IMG/VR virus record: IMGVR_UViG_3300032050_000010
Origin: a virus
Reading direction: 5' to 3' (one strand)
Length of the DNA stretch: 64,000 nucleotides
The position numbers and the translations under genes were made by a program. The notes under the pieces are model-generated. The model had not been told where the DNA came from and made no database searches. It saw only the letters and a program-made list of their open reading frames with translations. This document shows, one piece after another, positions 38,001 to 46,520 of the stretch (positions are counted from its first letter, which is position 1; every line of letters begins with the position of its first letter).

Positions 38001-38759
38001 ATGTTTGAAATTATAGAACCTGATGCAAATCTTAGTAGATTAGGACCTACAGCTGAGTTTATAACACAACAAACTGACAAATTAGGCGGCGATTTTGGTG
38101 ATGCACTAAAAGGCTTAGCAGACTTAACCTTTGATCAATCACAAGAAGACATATCAGGCTTAATTGTAGACGTTGAAAACTTAAAGCAGGAAGCTGCACA
38201 ACTTGCTGCTGAGATCAGTAGATTTGGTCAATCGGCGCAAAACAATAAGACATTGACAGCACTTAAGCAAAGTAGAGTGCAAGTTATCAGTCAAGTTCTT
38301 CGTCTGCTTGACAACATGATGCCAAGTGGGACATCAATACCGCTCGTTGATGCGAGCTCAGCAGTCTCGCAAATTGCAAAATATGAAGATGCACTGACAA
38401 AAGATTATAGAAGAGAGCTTGCGGCAGGACCCACGTCAGGACTATTTAATTGGGCTGATCGTGTTAATCCCGATAATCTATTTTACTTAGCTGTTACTGC
38501 AGGAAGTCCCGTTATACCCGACGTCGAAGATCCTGCTATTATGAGTCAGCTTGGTGCTTCAGCCCTATACAATGGGCCTGGTCGTTATCAAGACCCGGGT
38601 GAGCTTGCTGACCTCCCACAAGACTTGCAAGTTGATATCGGAACACTGACTCAAAAAATGACAGAGCTCTTTGCAGATGTCTATAAGATTAACATGGCTG
38701 TTAATCCACCACCTCCACCAGAGAGCGGAACAGAGGCAAAAGGTGAACAAAATCCCTAG
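35082..38759 (+). CDS. Very large hypothetical, putative internal/ejection protein
   Basis: 1225 aa, AT-richer; LSEQQLRSLIRDVLIE and internal LTEAQLKRLIH..RLDE. Confidence 0.65.
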   Translation: MKTKVTLSEQQLRSLIRDVLIEAPVPEGAGDDFNSLVTPAVRDQLETTIQYLGKFIDPTGVAGSTRFKAKLWVHIMNSPPHICKSGNTEMEGGIKFIGYQVPEAASNDLGPDALLINLVNFIACAFAQGKEVSINTFSGPKKLKPNCSLYSLAIGDSAYIGSMDPGQVEIYRDPAINFTVHDVKTPAGQSEYIKNVVAKPDVLSKIIPEIKMIEGAGGKPIPKLDYANEDAKKKLGDLIKQQLEGVQARLREQINKFNTPQMQYYLYEPLLRPTAWMSNPDLSEPTSSPWWAAWEACNIFARTVDTYKDPVSQNAACAAMVLNMANQAKKGVAFRATDRGWSSEARGGSYQTLLESLSGNELRVFLTEAQLKRLIHSALSLSRLDEVTPPPSWSSALDIAEKIPGVGGLVKAARSIGSLGGDAEQATGAAGAAARDTEAIRALAGAVKTKTAAAGLDTALVGASRVVKAINPSEADQRIAALTTRLVQQTYDTLFRTTDAMDVFIDNLANSVGDQVGRLAASRNFNQTQVDAVVNFCVESVKFTLRETLAGNADAAGLDAARNALIAADPQDLLGTFLTSPSTTPMVKEAVKGQIIEVSDSILKDPSFAPVSTFAKSTVIDTLNGQLDDVGLKLSPDGTKITFPRSNSPTTEYAVLDIRRTLEKYESQLAQAASSGAPPIFTTDTVKLRSFLDSTFKRSDADGIAKFREILDGIDETVGAQPAKKITTDLLETVSGGVVDLLEITLYPTLTSQATKAARQVPGATGAAKASRYADLILGGGTSSTASWLQSKMVIQDILGTWRRGGVLSKGSAVLKVASVALFTAPKTRADIGRGILTGSGWILTKLGASSFGPKLMRAGRLNKYLIPRIVGDGAIFLLFSPLVADKVMQNDPLARALYADLFERGGYTEFGGLARMAFDVINELGRSLDVDQELKDYLKFVADGQAPETMRLGFRNLLATQLGTLSDTQLEQMFEIIEPDANLSRLGPTAEFITQQTDKLGGDFGDALKGLADLTFDQSQEDISGLIVDVENLKQEAAQLAAEISRFGQSAQNNKTLTALKQSRVQVISQVLRLLDNMMPSGTSIPLVDASSAVSQIAKYEDALTKDYRRELAAGPTSGLFNWADRVNPDNLFYLAVTAGSPVIPDVEDPAIMSQLGASALYNGPGRYQDPGELADLPQDLQVDIGTLTQKMTELFADVYKINMAVNPPPPPESGTEAKGEQNP

Positions 38760-39040
38760 TGACACGGTACCACGTCTACATCGTCACTTGCGCTGATGGG
38801 TCGCTCTACACCGGCATCACAACCGACGTGGAGCGACGTCTCCATGAGCACAACTGCACATCCCGAGGTGCAAAATACACTCGATCTCGCCGCCCTGTGA
38901 CGCTCGCCGTGTCCTGGTCAGTTGCAGATCGATCGGCTGCTCTGCGTGAGGAAGCGAGGATCAAGCGGCTGACGAGAAAGCAGAAGTTGGAGCTGATAGA
39001 TAACCTTATCGAGGAAACTAGAGTTGAGAAAGGTGTATGA
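38759..39040 (+). CDS. GIY-YIG nuclease (UPF0213/YhbQ-like)
   Basis: YHVYIVTCADGSLYTGITTDVERRLHEHN..GAKYTRSRRPV. Confidence 0.92.
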   Translation: MTRYHVYIVTCADGSLYTGITTDVERRLHEHNCTSRGAKYTRSRRPVTLAVSWSVADRSAALREEARIKRLTRKQKLELIDNLIEETRVEKGV

Positions 39041-39350
39041 CGGCCCGACGCTTCCCATGTGGGCCCATGTTGAAGTTGAGACGTTCTGCGGTGTGAAGAT
39101 CAAGTGCGAGATCATCGAGGTTCGCCGCATGGCATCGTGTGTTGCCTACACTGTCAAACCCCGTGAGGATAGAGAGGAAGAGCTCCGTAGAGCAGGAGTT
39201 CCCAAAGGAGATTGGCAGACACCATTCACCGCCTTCGACTGGCAGGTGCGAGCGCAGCAACCTGATTTATCTGTAACCAAACCCGATGCCCAGCAGGCCC
39301 GTGTCATCCGGCGAGCACAGCACAAGGGTGCAGGATACATATCTACATGA
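39024..39350 (+). CDS. Hypothetical protein
   Basis: Overlapping ORF. Confidence 0.45.
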   Translation: MRKVYDGPTLPMWAHVEVETFCGVKIKCEIIEVRRMASCVAYTVKPREDREEELRRAGVPKGDWQTPFTAFDWQVRAQQPDLSVTKPDAQQARVIRRAQHKGAGYIST

Positions 39351-39886
39351 TGCACGACACACCACGTATGACAGGCCAGGGCTTCGTCGTCATGGACATC
39401 TACGGTCCAGAGACAGACGGCAAGCTCTACAACTACATGTTCTCGCAGATCTGCTACATGAGAGCGATCCACCTCTGGTTCCACGGCGCGCACCACGTCA
39501 CCCGCGGTGCCTCTTTCTCAGGTGACCACTCCTTCCTGTACGACAAGATCTACACAGGTGTGGATGAAGCGATCGACGGTGTGATCGAGAAGGCCATTGG
39601 CCTCTGCGGTGCAGACATCGCATGCCCAAGCCACATCGCGACTGGCGCTGCGCAGGTGATCTGCGCGTACCCATCTCCCAACAAGCTGAACTCTGCTGGC
39701 ATCGCCGCCGCAGGGATGGCGATCATCAAGGACTTCATCGAGTTCCTCGAGTGCATGAAGAGTGAGCTGGATGAGTGTGGCTCAATGACGCTGGGCCTTG
39801 AGGATCAGATCGGAGGCATTGCCAACGACCACGAGGGCTACTACTACCTGCTCAAGCAGCGGGCTTGTGACGACCTCACGGGTTGA
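39347..39886 (+). CDS. Ferritin/Dps-like protein
   Basis: HLWFHGAHHVTRG.SF.GDH..LY..IY....ID...EK. Confidence 0.6.
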   Translation: MMHDTPRMTGQGFVVMDIYGPETDGKLYNYMFSQICYMRAIHLWFHGAHHVTRGASFSGDHSFLYDKIYTGVDEAIDGVIEKAIGLCGADIACPSHIATGAAQVICAYPSPNKLNSAGIAAAGMAIIKDFIEFLECMKSELDECGSMTLGLEDQIGGIANDHEGYYYLLKQRACDDLTG

Positions 39887-39921
39887 TGTAAACATAGATG
39901 GGTGCTTTGTATGATGCTTCT

Positions 39922-40398
39922 ATGAAGCACATCTATAAAGATCCCTATGATCTTATCAAGCAACAGGACGTAAAGGGCTGCGTGGTCACTAGCGGTGGAT
40001 TTGATCCGATGCATGTGGGTCACCTTCGCTGCCTGCAGGAGAGCGCAATCATCGCATCAGCCCACAAGCTCCCGCTTGTCGTGATCGTCAACGGTGACGG
40101 ATTTCTCCAGCGCAAGAAGGGTTTTGCGTTCATGCCCCACGAGGAGCGGATGGAGATCATTGCTGGTGTCCGTGGCGTCGACTACGTTGTCGGCTGGGAT
40201 GACGGCAGTCAGACTGTGACCGGCGCGCTGGGCGTCCTCCACCCACTGATCTTCACCAAGGGCGGTGATCGAGACAGCGCACAGAACGTGCCTGAGTTCA
40301 TCCTGTGTCAGGAGATCGGCTGCCACGTCTACTTCGGCATCGGTGGCGGCAAGATCCAGTCATCATCTGACCTTGTCAAAGCTGTTAGGGGAGGTTGA
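39922..40398 (+). CDS. Cytidylyltransferase-like nucleotidyltransferase (HxGH)
   Basis: TSGGFDPMHVGH, FMP..ER..I, KGGDR, KIQSSS. Confidence 0.88.
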   Translation: MKHIYKDPYDLIKQQDVKGCVVTSGGFDPMHVGHLRCLQESAIIASAHKLPLVVIVNGDGFLQRKKGFAFMPHEERMEIIAGVRGVDYVVGWDDGSQTVTGALGVLHPLIFTKGGDRDSAQNVPEFILCQEIGCHVYFGIGGGKIQSSSDLVKAVRGG

Positions 40399-40399
40399 G

Positions 40400-40741
40400 A
40401 TGCGTCTTGTGAAGAAGCCCTGGGGTCACGAGGAGATTTGGGCGGAGACAGACAAGTATTGTGGCAAGGTTCTATACATCCAGGCAGGACACAGGCTAAG
40501 CCTGCAGTACCACGAGAAGAAGATGGAGACAATCCGTGTCATGCAGGGGACGCTGCATCTCACGCTCCAGGAGAAGAACGGCATCATCTTTGACAAGAAG
40601 CTGCAGGCTGGTGAGTCGTTTCACGTTGCGCCGCTGACTGTCCATCGTTTCGGTGCAGGTGAGCACGACGTTGTGATCGTTGAGGTATCCACAACAGAAC
40701 TTGATGATGTCGTCAGGCTCCAAGATGACTACGCACGGTGA
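40400..40741 (+). CDS. Cupin (mannose-6-P isomerase C-terminal-like)
   Basis: KPWG.E, LSLQYH..K.ET, HRF, EVST..LDDVVRLQDDY. Confidence 0.85.
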   Translation: MRLVKKPWGHEEIWAETDKYCGKVLYIQAGHRLSLQYHEKKMETIRVMQGTLHLTLQEKNGIIFDKKLQAGESFHVAPLTVHRFGAGEHDVVIVEVSTTELDDVVRLQDDYAR

Positions 40742-40790
40742 TACTTTCTTAGCATAGCACGTATGATGCTAATATGAAGGAAGGTATCTC

Positions 40791-41369
40791 ATGGCTAAGA
40801 AGAGTAGGGTGCAGACTGCACCGGAGGTGTCTGCAGGCGTAGTCATCTTACGTAACGACGATAAGAAGGGTTGGTGCTTCTTGGCATTGAAGGTGTACGG
40901 CAGATTTGATGTCTGCAAGGGGCACGTTGACATGCAGGATGCAGATGTTGTCAGCCCGGCAGGATCGATTGGGCAGATCATGAACACAGCTGTTCGTGAA
41001 GCACGTGAGGAGTGTGGTTATACACTCACTTTTGATCCGGGGGCACCGCTATCGTCAGATGAGCGCATTGCTAGAATGTCCTGGGGAAATGAGCACTATG
41101 TGTGCAGGAACTTCAACAAGGACGGATCTCCAAAGAAGGACGTCTTCCTTTTTGCTGCCGAGACGCAGTGCGCCAACTTTAAGATTGGCGTCAACGACAA
41201 GGGAATTCGAGAGCACGACGACGGTGTCTGGGTTCCCATCAGTGACATCGATCGCGTTCCACTACACAACTACTTGAAGCCCGGTGTCAGGTGGGCGGTG
41301 GAGACGATGCAGATTGGCCTAAAATCGCAAGCTTTGCTAGAGCGTCTGCAGGAGCTCTCGGAGGATTAA
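40791..41369 (+). CDS. NUDIX hydrolase
   Basis: SAGVVI, KGHVD...AVREAREECG, EHD..W. Confidence 0.8.
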   Translation: MAKKSRVQTAPEVSAGVVILRNDDKKGWCFLALKVYGRFDVCKGHVDMQDADVVSPAGSIGQIMNTAVREAREECGYTLTFDPGAPLSSDERIARMSWGNEHYVCRNFNKDGSPKKDVFLFAAETQCANFKIGVNDKGIREHDDGVWVPISDIDRVPLHNYLKPGVRWAVETMQIGLKSQALLERLQELSED

Positions 41370-42140
41370 TTGGCCCGTGGCAAGTACAGATCCCTGGTCA
41401 GACGTGTGTCCAGGGACATCATGCACACTATCCTTGACAATGCAGATACGAGACGGTTTAAGACAACTCTGCCGGCACCAGGTTACTACTACCTTTGGGA
41501 TGCTCGGTGTTACAATAGCACCCGCGTTAAGACAGCAGTCGGTTTCGACGTCTCGCTGAAAGTAGTGAGAACACGCGGACGTCGCTATGATGTCTTCGCA
41601 TCTGTCCACTCGGATGACAACGGTAACAGTCACATCGAAGTTGCAATCCACCACGATCCTACGCGGAAGGCGCATCTATCTGATCTCTATCCAGAGTTGT
41701 GTGGGAGCATCAGGCATGAGCTGGAGCACATAGCTGACGAGGGCGGGCTCGCGGGTCGGGCGCCTAAGCAGAGATCATTCGTTCCCCACACACCGAGCAG
41801 CGGTAAGATCGTCCACACGATCAACAAGCGGGCCAAGTTGTTCAGCTGCGACTATAGATCTCTGGATGAGTGGGGTCGTGAGGAAGCAGATCGGCTTGCG
41901 AGGTCGATCAATGGAGATCTATTCAGTTATCTAACATGCTATGAAGAGGTGGGCCCAATCACGCAGGGCATCTTCTACGAGGCGAAGAAGCGTCGCTGCA
42001 CTGTCGATGAAGTGCTCATCCGCTACCTCGACCGACTGCAGGCTGCTGACATGATCTCAGACGATGAGTACGACGCAGCATACGACCACCTGATCGCATG
42101 GACAAAGTTGACCTTGCCGACCGCGCTCACACTCGATTGA
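41370..42140 (+). CDS. Hypothetical with HExxH motif
   Basis: IRHELEH plus downstream EE. Confidence 0.5.
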   Translation: MARGKYRSLVRRVSRDIMHTILDNADTRRFKTTLPAPGYYYLWDARCYNSTRVKTAVGFDVSLKVVRTRGRRYDVFASVHSDDNGNSHIEVAIHHDPTRKAHLSDLYPELCGSIRHELEHIADEGGLAGRAPKQRSFVPHTPSSGKIVHTINKRAKLFSCDYRSLDEWGREEADRLARSINGDLFSYLTCYEEVGPITQGIFYEAKKRRCTVDEVLIRYLDRLQAADMISDDEYDAAYDHLIAWTKLTLPTALTLD

Positions 42141-42452
42141 CCTACTTATAGACAGGAGGTGTGCATGCTTTTTAGTTCAGTCAAGATGCGGCAATTTGTC
42201 TTTGGTGTCCTGTGTGACACGCTGAACCACCAGCTTGACACGCACGCTTCTGCTTGCGTGGCATCATGATGCAAGTGCAGCATGGAAAAGAGCACACTAC
42301 AGGAGCGTCAATCGCTCTGGGCGTCTGTCTTCGCTGAGAACGTACTGATCAGCTACGCGACCTACATCTTCTGCTGCGACTTTGTCACCACACGTCGAGT
42401 CACACGCGGTGACTATGAAAAGCTCGGCGATCTAAGCATCGATGAGTGACCC

Positions 42453-42481
42453 GTGCACCGCAGTGCAGGTCGTGTTATAAT
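42453..42481 (+). promoter_or_regulatory. Putative promoter GTGCAC-N17-TATAAT
   Basis: Extended -10 TGTTATAAT. Confidence 0.6.
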
Positions 42482-42496
42482 GTATTTGAGGTGACG

Positions 42497-42727
42497 ATGA
42501 GCTGGAAGCATGAAGGTAGTTTCGCAAGCGGTATCACGATCTGGACGCTCGAGGAGCAGACGGACAAGTACAGTGAGGTGTCGATCCACACGTTTGGCGG
42601 CAATGAGGGATACACACTGACACTCGGAATGCACCAGGCGTCCCGCTTCAAGACACTAGAGGATGCGCAAGCTTGCGCATCCGCGATCCTCAATGCTCAA
42701 CCCAAGACGAGAAAGAAGAATGGCTGA
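42497..42727 (+). CDS. Hypothetical protein
   Basis: SD GAGGTG; start MSWKHE. Confidence 0.5.
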   Translation: MSWKHEGSFASGITIWTLEEQTDKYSEVSIHTFGGNEGYTLTLGMHQASRFKTLEDAQACASAILNAQPKTRKKNG

Positions 42728-43247
42728 GACATGGCTCACATCTGACCTGCACCTGTTCCACAGGAACATCATCGTCTACTGCGGGCGCCCACATGCTAAC
42801 GAGTACGAGATGAACGACGACATCGTCCGTGCATGGAACAGTGTGGTCGCTGATGATGATCGCGTGATCATGGTCGGCGATCTATCAGCAGGTGTGATGG
42901 GACGCTATGACGAGCTACGTGCCCTGATTGGTCGCCTCCGTGGGAGAAAGACGATGATCCGCGGCAACCACGACCACCAGACAGACGCGTGGTATAAGTC
43001 AGCAGGTTTTGCTGAGGTGCACGATTGGCTCATCATTGGTGACAAGCTGTTCATCCACAAGCCCGCGACGAGTATGAGCCCTGACGTGATCAGCCTCATC
43101 GAGCAAGTGCGCCCACAGCTTGTCGTGCACGGTCACATCCATGACGACCGGCCCAACATCCCGGGCCACTTCAACGTCGCCTGGGATCGTCACAAGCGCC
43201 TCATCAAGATGTCAGAGATTGATACACTGGGTGCACACGTTGTATAG
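42720..43247 (+). CDS. Calcineurin-like metallophosphoesterase
   Basis: SDLHLFH, GD, GNHD, HGHIH. Confidence 0.9.
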   Translation: MAETWLTSDLHLFHRNIIVYCGRPHANEYEMNDDIVRAWNSVVADDDRVIMVGDLSAGVMGRYDELRALIGRLRGRKTMIRGNHDHQTDAWYKSAGFAEVHDWLIIGDKLFIHKPATSMSPDVISLIEQVRPQLVVHGHIHDDRPNIPGHFNVAWDRHKRLIKMSEIDTLGAHVV

Positions 43248-43253
43248 TTTGTT

Positions 43254-43484
43254 GTGACAGGGCAGAAGAAGAGAACAGGGCGAAGACGACTTGCTGTGGG
43301 TGATCTTGTTGAACACATCAATAAGCAGCATCCAGATCATGGTAAGATCGGCATGGTTACCCGAGTCACTGACCAGACACAGATGATGAGAATAGCTTTT
43401 GTGATGGTTGAAGGCACAGAGCGTGTCTGGTTCATGGGTGACTTTGTGAAACTGAAGGGAGGCGAAGATGATGAAGCCGTCTGA
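43254..43484 (+). CDS. Small SH3/KOW-like protein
   Basis: LAVGDLV...GKIGMV. Confidence 0.5.
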   Translation: MTGQKKRTGRRRLAVGDLVEHINKQHPDHGKIGMVTRVTDQTQMMRIAFVMVEGTERVWFMGDFVKLKGGEDDEAV

Positions 43485-43986
43485 GATGGAAGAGAAGTTC
43501 CTTGAGTTCACTACACCACGCCTCGTCCTGGCGATCAAGGATCACGGCTATGCGCCTCGTTTCACATTTAAACCGGGACGAGAGTGGCACAGGATCCTGC
43601 ACCAGACAGGCGGAATAGGGTGTCACCATGCCCGGATGTGGTGCACTTTCTTGACACCAAAGCCCAACGTCATTCCAGTACTCAGCGAGATCAATGAAAC
43701 CTGGCTTGACTCAAATGCAGGTGTCTTAAACGTTCGTCTCGACGAGGTGATCAAGTATCGCACCCTAATCAATGAGAAGTTGGGCGCTGACTGCAATGTG
43801 AGCTACCCTGACTTTGAAGAAGCGATCTATCCGCTTGACTGCACCGTGGAGACGATCCGTGCACTGTGTGAGGATGATCTACCTGACGACCTTAACGATC
43901 TACTACACTTTGATAATAATTTCAGCATCGTGTTAGGATTAGCTAATCGATGGAACTTGTACATTCTTGGAGAGAATTGTGACTAA
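43468..43986 (+). CDS. Hypothetical protein
   Basis: ORF with SD GGAGG. Confidence 0.55.
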   Translation: MMKPSEMEEKFLEFTTPRLVLAIKDHGYAPRFTFKPGREWHRILHQTGGIGCHHARMWCTFLTPKPNVIPVLSEINETWLDSNAGVLNVRLDEVIKYRTLINEKLGADCNVSYPDFEEAIYPLDCTVETIRALCEDDLPDDLNDLLHFDNNFSIVLGLANRWNLYILGENCD

Positions 43987-44500
43987 GAGAATTGAAGATC
44001 AGCCTGCACCCACAGGTGATGGAACACCTGTCTGGGATCTTGTCGTCTCTGATATGAAGGAGAGAGACAACTTGGGTAGGCAGCGTTATGGCACGCCGCT
44101 TCGAACCTGGAACGGTCGTGATGCGCTTGTCGATGCCTACCAGGAGATCCTCGACCTTGCTGTCTACGTCCGCCAGGAGATTGAGGAGCGGCGGTCGATC
44201 CAGCAGATCTGCGAGCACGTGGCTCTCATTCCAGGCGCTGAAGATTGCACATCCCAGAATGTCATAGAGACGCTGGGAGAGATTGAAGAACGTGTCCACA
44301 TGCTTGAAGCATCCAACAAGGATCTGAGGAAGCGCCTGACAGCACTGCAGAACGAGTCGTCCTACGACGCAGGATTTAGGCGTGGATGCCAGGCGACATT
44401 GGAGCTAGTGGAGCGAGTGCAAGGAAAGCACGTCAGCAACGAGCTACTTGAGAGCGCGATGAACCTACGGAGCAACCACAGTGGACGCTCGGAAGGATGA
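43979..44500 (+). CDS. Phage protein, possibly all-alpha NTP pyrophosphatase fold
   Basis: DQPAP, G..RYGTPL...NGRDAL.DAYQE.LDLAVY. Confidence 0.5.
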   Translation: MTKRIEDQPAPTGDGTPVWDLVVSDMKERDNLGRQRYGTPLRTWNGRDALVDAYQEILDLAVYVRQEIEERRSIQQICEHVALIPGAEDCTSQNVIETLGEIEERVHMLEASNKDLRKRLTALQNESSYDAGFRRGCQATLELVERVQGKHVSNELLESAMNLRSNHSGRSEG

Positions 44501-44675
44501 GATCCGCGAGGGTGATCTTGTCCGTGTCTGGGAGACGCGAGAGGGTGTCGTTGTGGGCCGTTATGGCGACGGATACTACGAGGTTCTCGTAAAGCTGCCC
44601 CAGGGAAGGTCACTCGTTAGGGCATGTCGGGAGCAGGATCTCTCTCTTGTGCAGCATCCTGCTGTAAATGAGTGA
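44481..44675 (+). CDS. Small SH3/KOW-like protein
   Basis: IREGDLVRV...GVVV..YEVLV...DLSLV. Confidence 0.5.
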   Translation: MDARKDEIREGDLVRVWETREGVVVGRYGDGYYEVLVKLPQGRSLVRACREQDLSLVQHPAVNE

Positions 44676-44686
44676 TAGTTATCTGC

Positions 44687-45136
44687 ATGCTACGTAGATA
44701 CATCATCAATGAGATTAGAAAGGTCATCCTCAACGAGAAAGCGAAGGAAGACAAGAAGAGCGGCGGCACCTGTCCTCGAGCAACGCAGGACTCTGTCCTT
44801 AACACAAAGAACCGCAACAAGGCGATCAAGAAGCTGGGCTACGGTCCTGCTAATCCTGCAAAGCCTGGTGACTTCTGGGAAGAGAAAGCAGAGATGTGGG
44901 ATGACATTCCTGTCTCTGAAGCGGAGGATATGCTGTGCGGGAACTGCGCTGCCTTCGACATCTCACCCAAGATGCTTAACTGCATCGAGAAGGGGCTTGA
45001 GGGCGGTGATACCAACGTGAAGGGTTGGGACACGATCAAGGCGGGCAAGTTGGGCTACTGCAAGATGCACCACTTCAAGTGTGCTGCCAAGAGGACGTGT
45101 GACACATGGGTCACGGGCGGACCGATCAAGAAGTGA
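44687..45136 (+). CDS. Cys-rich phage protein, putative virion
   Basis: CPRATQD, YGPANP, CGNC, GYC..HFKC..RTC..W; N-terminal LRRYIINEIRKVILNE. Confidence 0.6.
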   Translation: MLRRYIINEIRKVILNEKAKEDKKSGGTCPRATQDSVLNTKNRNKAIKKLGYGPANPAKPGDFWEEKAEMWDDIPVSEAEDMLCGNCAAFDISPKMLNCIEKGLEGGDTNVKGWDTIKAGKLGYCKMHHFKCAAKRTCDTWVTGGPIKK

Positions 45137-45163
45137 CCTGATACTTAGCGTCAGGAGGCACAC

Positions 45164-45865
45164 ATGCCAGTAAGCGACAGCCAGAAGAAAGTGATCGATT
45201 CAGTCCTGACGATCTTTGAGACAGGTAGATTACCTACACCCGGTGCATATGCAACATGCGCAATCTTGTCAGACGGAGCCGGTATTTCCTACGGTAAGCA
45301 CCAGTCAACAGATAGGTCAGGAACCCTAGATAAGATCGTTGACTTGTACATTGCGAAGGGTGGTAAGCAGGCTGACGAGCTCAAGCAGTTCGTTCCTAAA
45401 CTTGCGCTGAACGAGACGGCGAAGCTGGATCCCAAGAACATTCCATCCTGGGCGAAGTACCTGATGGGCGTGCTGAAGACAGCGGGTGCTGACCCCGTCA
45501 TGCAAGCAGCGCAGGATGAAGTGTTTGATGCCAACTACTGGGTGCCTGCGATGGGCCACGTCCAGCGGATCGGCCTGCAGACCGGCCTCGGTGCGCTCGT
45601 CGTCTACGACACCTGCATCCACAGTGGCAGCGGCGGTGTGGCAATCATCCGAGCCCGTTTCCCAGAGGCTGCTCCCTGCAACGGCGGCGATGAGAAGGCT
45701 TGGGTGCTGGCCTACATCAAGGCACGCAGAGAGTGGCTTGCAGCCAACAAGAACCCAATCGTCCAGAGGACGGTGTATCGCATGGATGCCTTCAACGAGA
45801 TCGCACGGTCAGGCAATTGGGAGTTGGCGACACCTCTCACTGTCCGCGGCGTGAAGATCGTGTGA
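45164..45865 (+). CDS. Chitosanase (GH46)-like lysozyme-fold endolysin
   Basis: IFETG, DGAGISYG..Q.T, AAQD..FD..YW.PA, YDT.IHSG, TVYRMD.F, NW.L. Confidence 0.75.
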   Translation: MPVSDSQKKVIDSVLTIFETGRLPTPGAYATCAILSDGAGISYGKHQSTDRSGTLDKIVDLYIAKGGKQADELKQFVPKLALNETAKLDPKNIPSWAKYLMGVLKTAGADPVMQAAQDEVFDANYWVPAMGHVQRIGLQTGLGALVVYDTCIHSGSGGVAIIRARFPEAAPCNGGDEKAWVLAYIKARREWLAANKNPIVQRTVYRMDAFNEIARSGNWELATPLTVRGVKIV

Positions 45866-45889
45866 GATAGATATACTTGGGAGGCAGAC

Positions 45890-46075
45890 ATGGCACTATC
45901 ACCAGACGAACTGATTGACATCGCACCCGAGGCGATCGATCTTGTAAAGGCAATCTCTGAGGCGCTTAAGAAGGACGCGGACGGCAAGGTCCGTGTGACA
46001 CGTGAGGAAGCCCGTGAGATCCGCACCAAGGTGTTCAAGCTCGCAGTCGAAGTCGCACAGCACGCTATCGACTAA
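45890..46075 (+). CDS. Small hypothetical protein
   Basis: SD GGAGG. Confidence 0.55.
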   Translation: MALSPDELIDIAPEAIDLVKAISEALKKDADGKVRVTREEAREIRTKVFKLAVEVAQHAID

Positions 46076-46097
46076 GGCACAATAACACGTGCGTCAC

Positions 46098-46135
46098 TGT
46101 CGCCACGATCTATAATGATCGTGGCGACACTTTTT
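46098..46135 (+). terminator. 13-bp perfect inverted repeat plus T-tract, with TATAAT as the loop
   Basis: TGTCGCCACGATC-TATAAT-GATCGTGGCGACA-CTTTTT. Confidence 0.75.
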
Positions 46136-46256
46136 AGGAGGCGACATGCGGTTCACGGTCGACACGACAATCAAGGCGGTGTTCATCCTCTTCTTCTACT
46201 TGCTCTTCTCGGCAATTCGCATCCAGCTAGGTTACTAGCAGAGCACACATGACTTA

Positions 46257-46478
46257 ATGCAGGCGATCAAGAACCGCTACACACCCGGTGATCTGTACGA
46301 AGTGATCGACCAGTTCGGATCTTCAAAGGGTCGCTGCATCTTCGTGGAGCTCATCGAGCCTGGCACACTCGATCTGGTTCAGGTCGTCCGACCGATGCAC
46401 TGGCACTTTAAAGTTCTACACAAGAGCAAGATCGAGCTCTACGACACATCGCTTTATTCATTGATCGACATCTTGTAA
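46257..46478 (+). CDS. Small SH3-like protein
   Basis: YTPGDLY. Confidence 0.45.
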   Translation: MQAIKNRYTPGDLYEVIDQFGSSKGRCIFVELIEPGTLDLVQVVRPMHWHFKVLHKSKIELYDTSLYSLIDIL

Positions 46479-46520
46479 AAATCTATACCAACCCGTAAGA
46501 TCATAACAAAAGAGAGAAGA

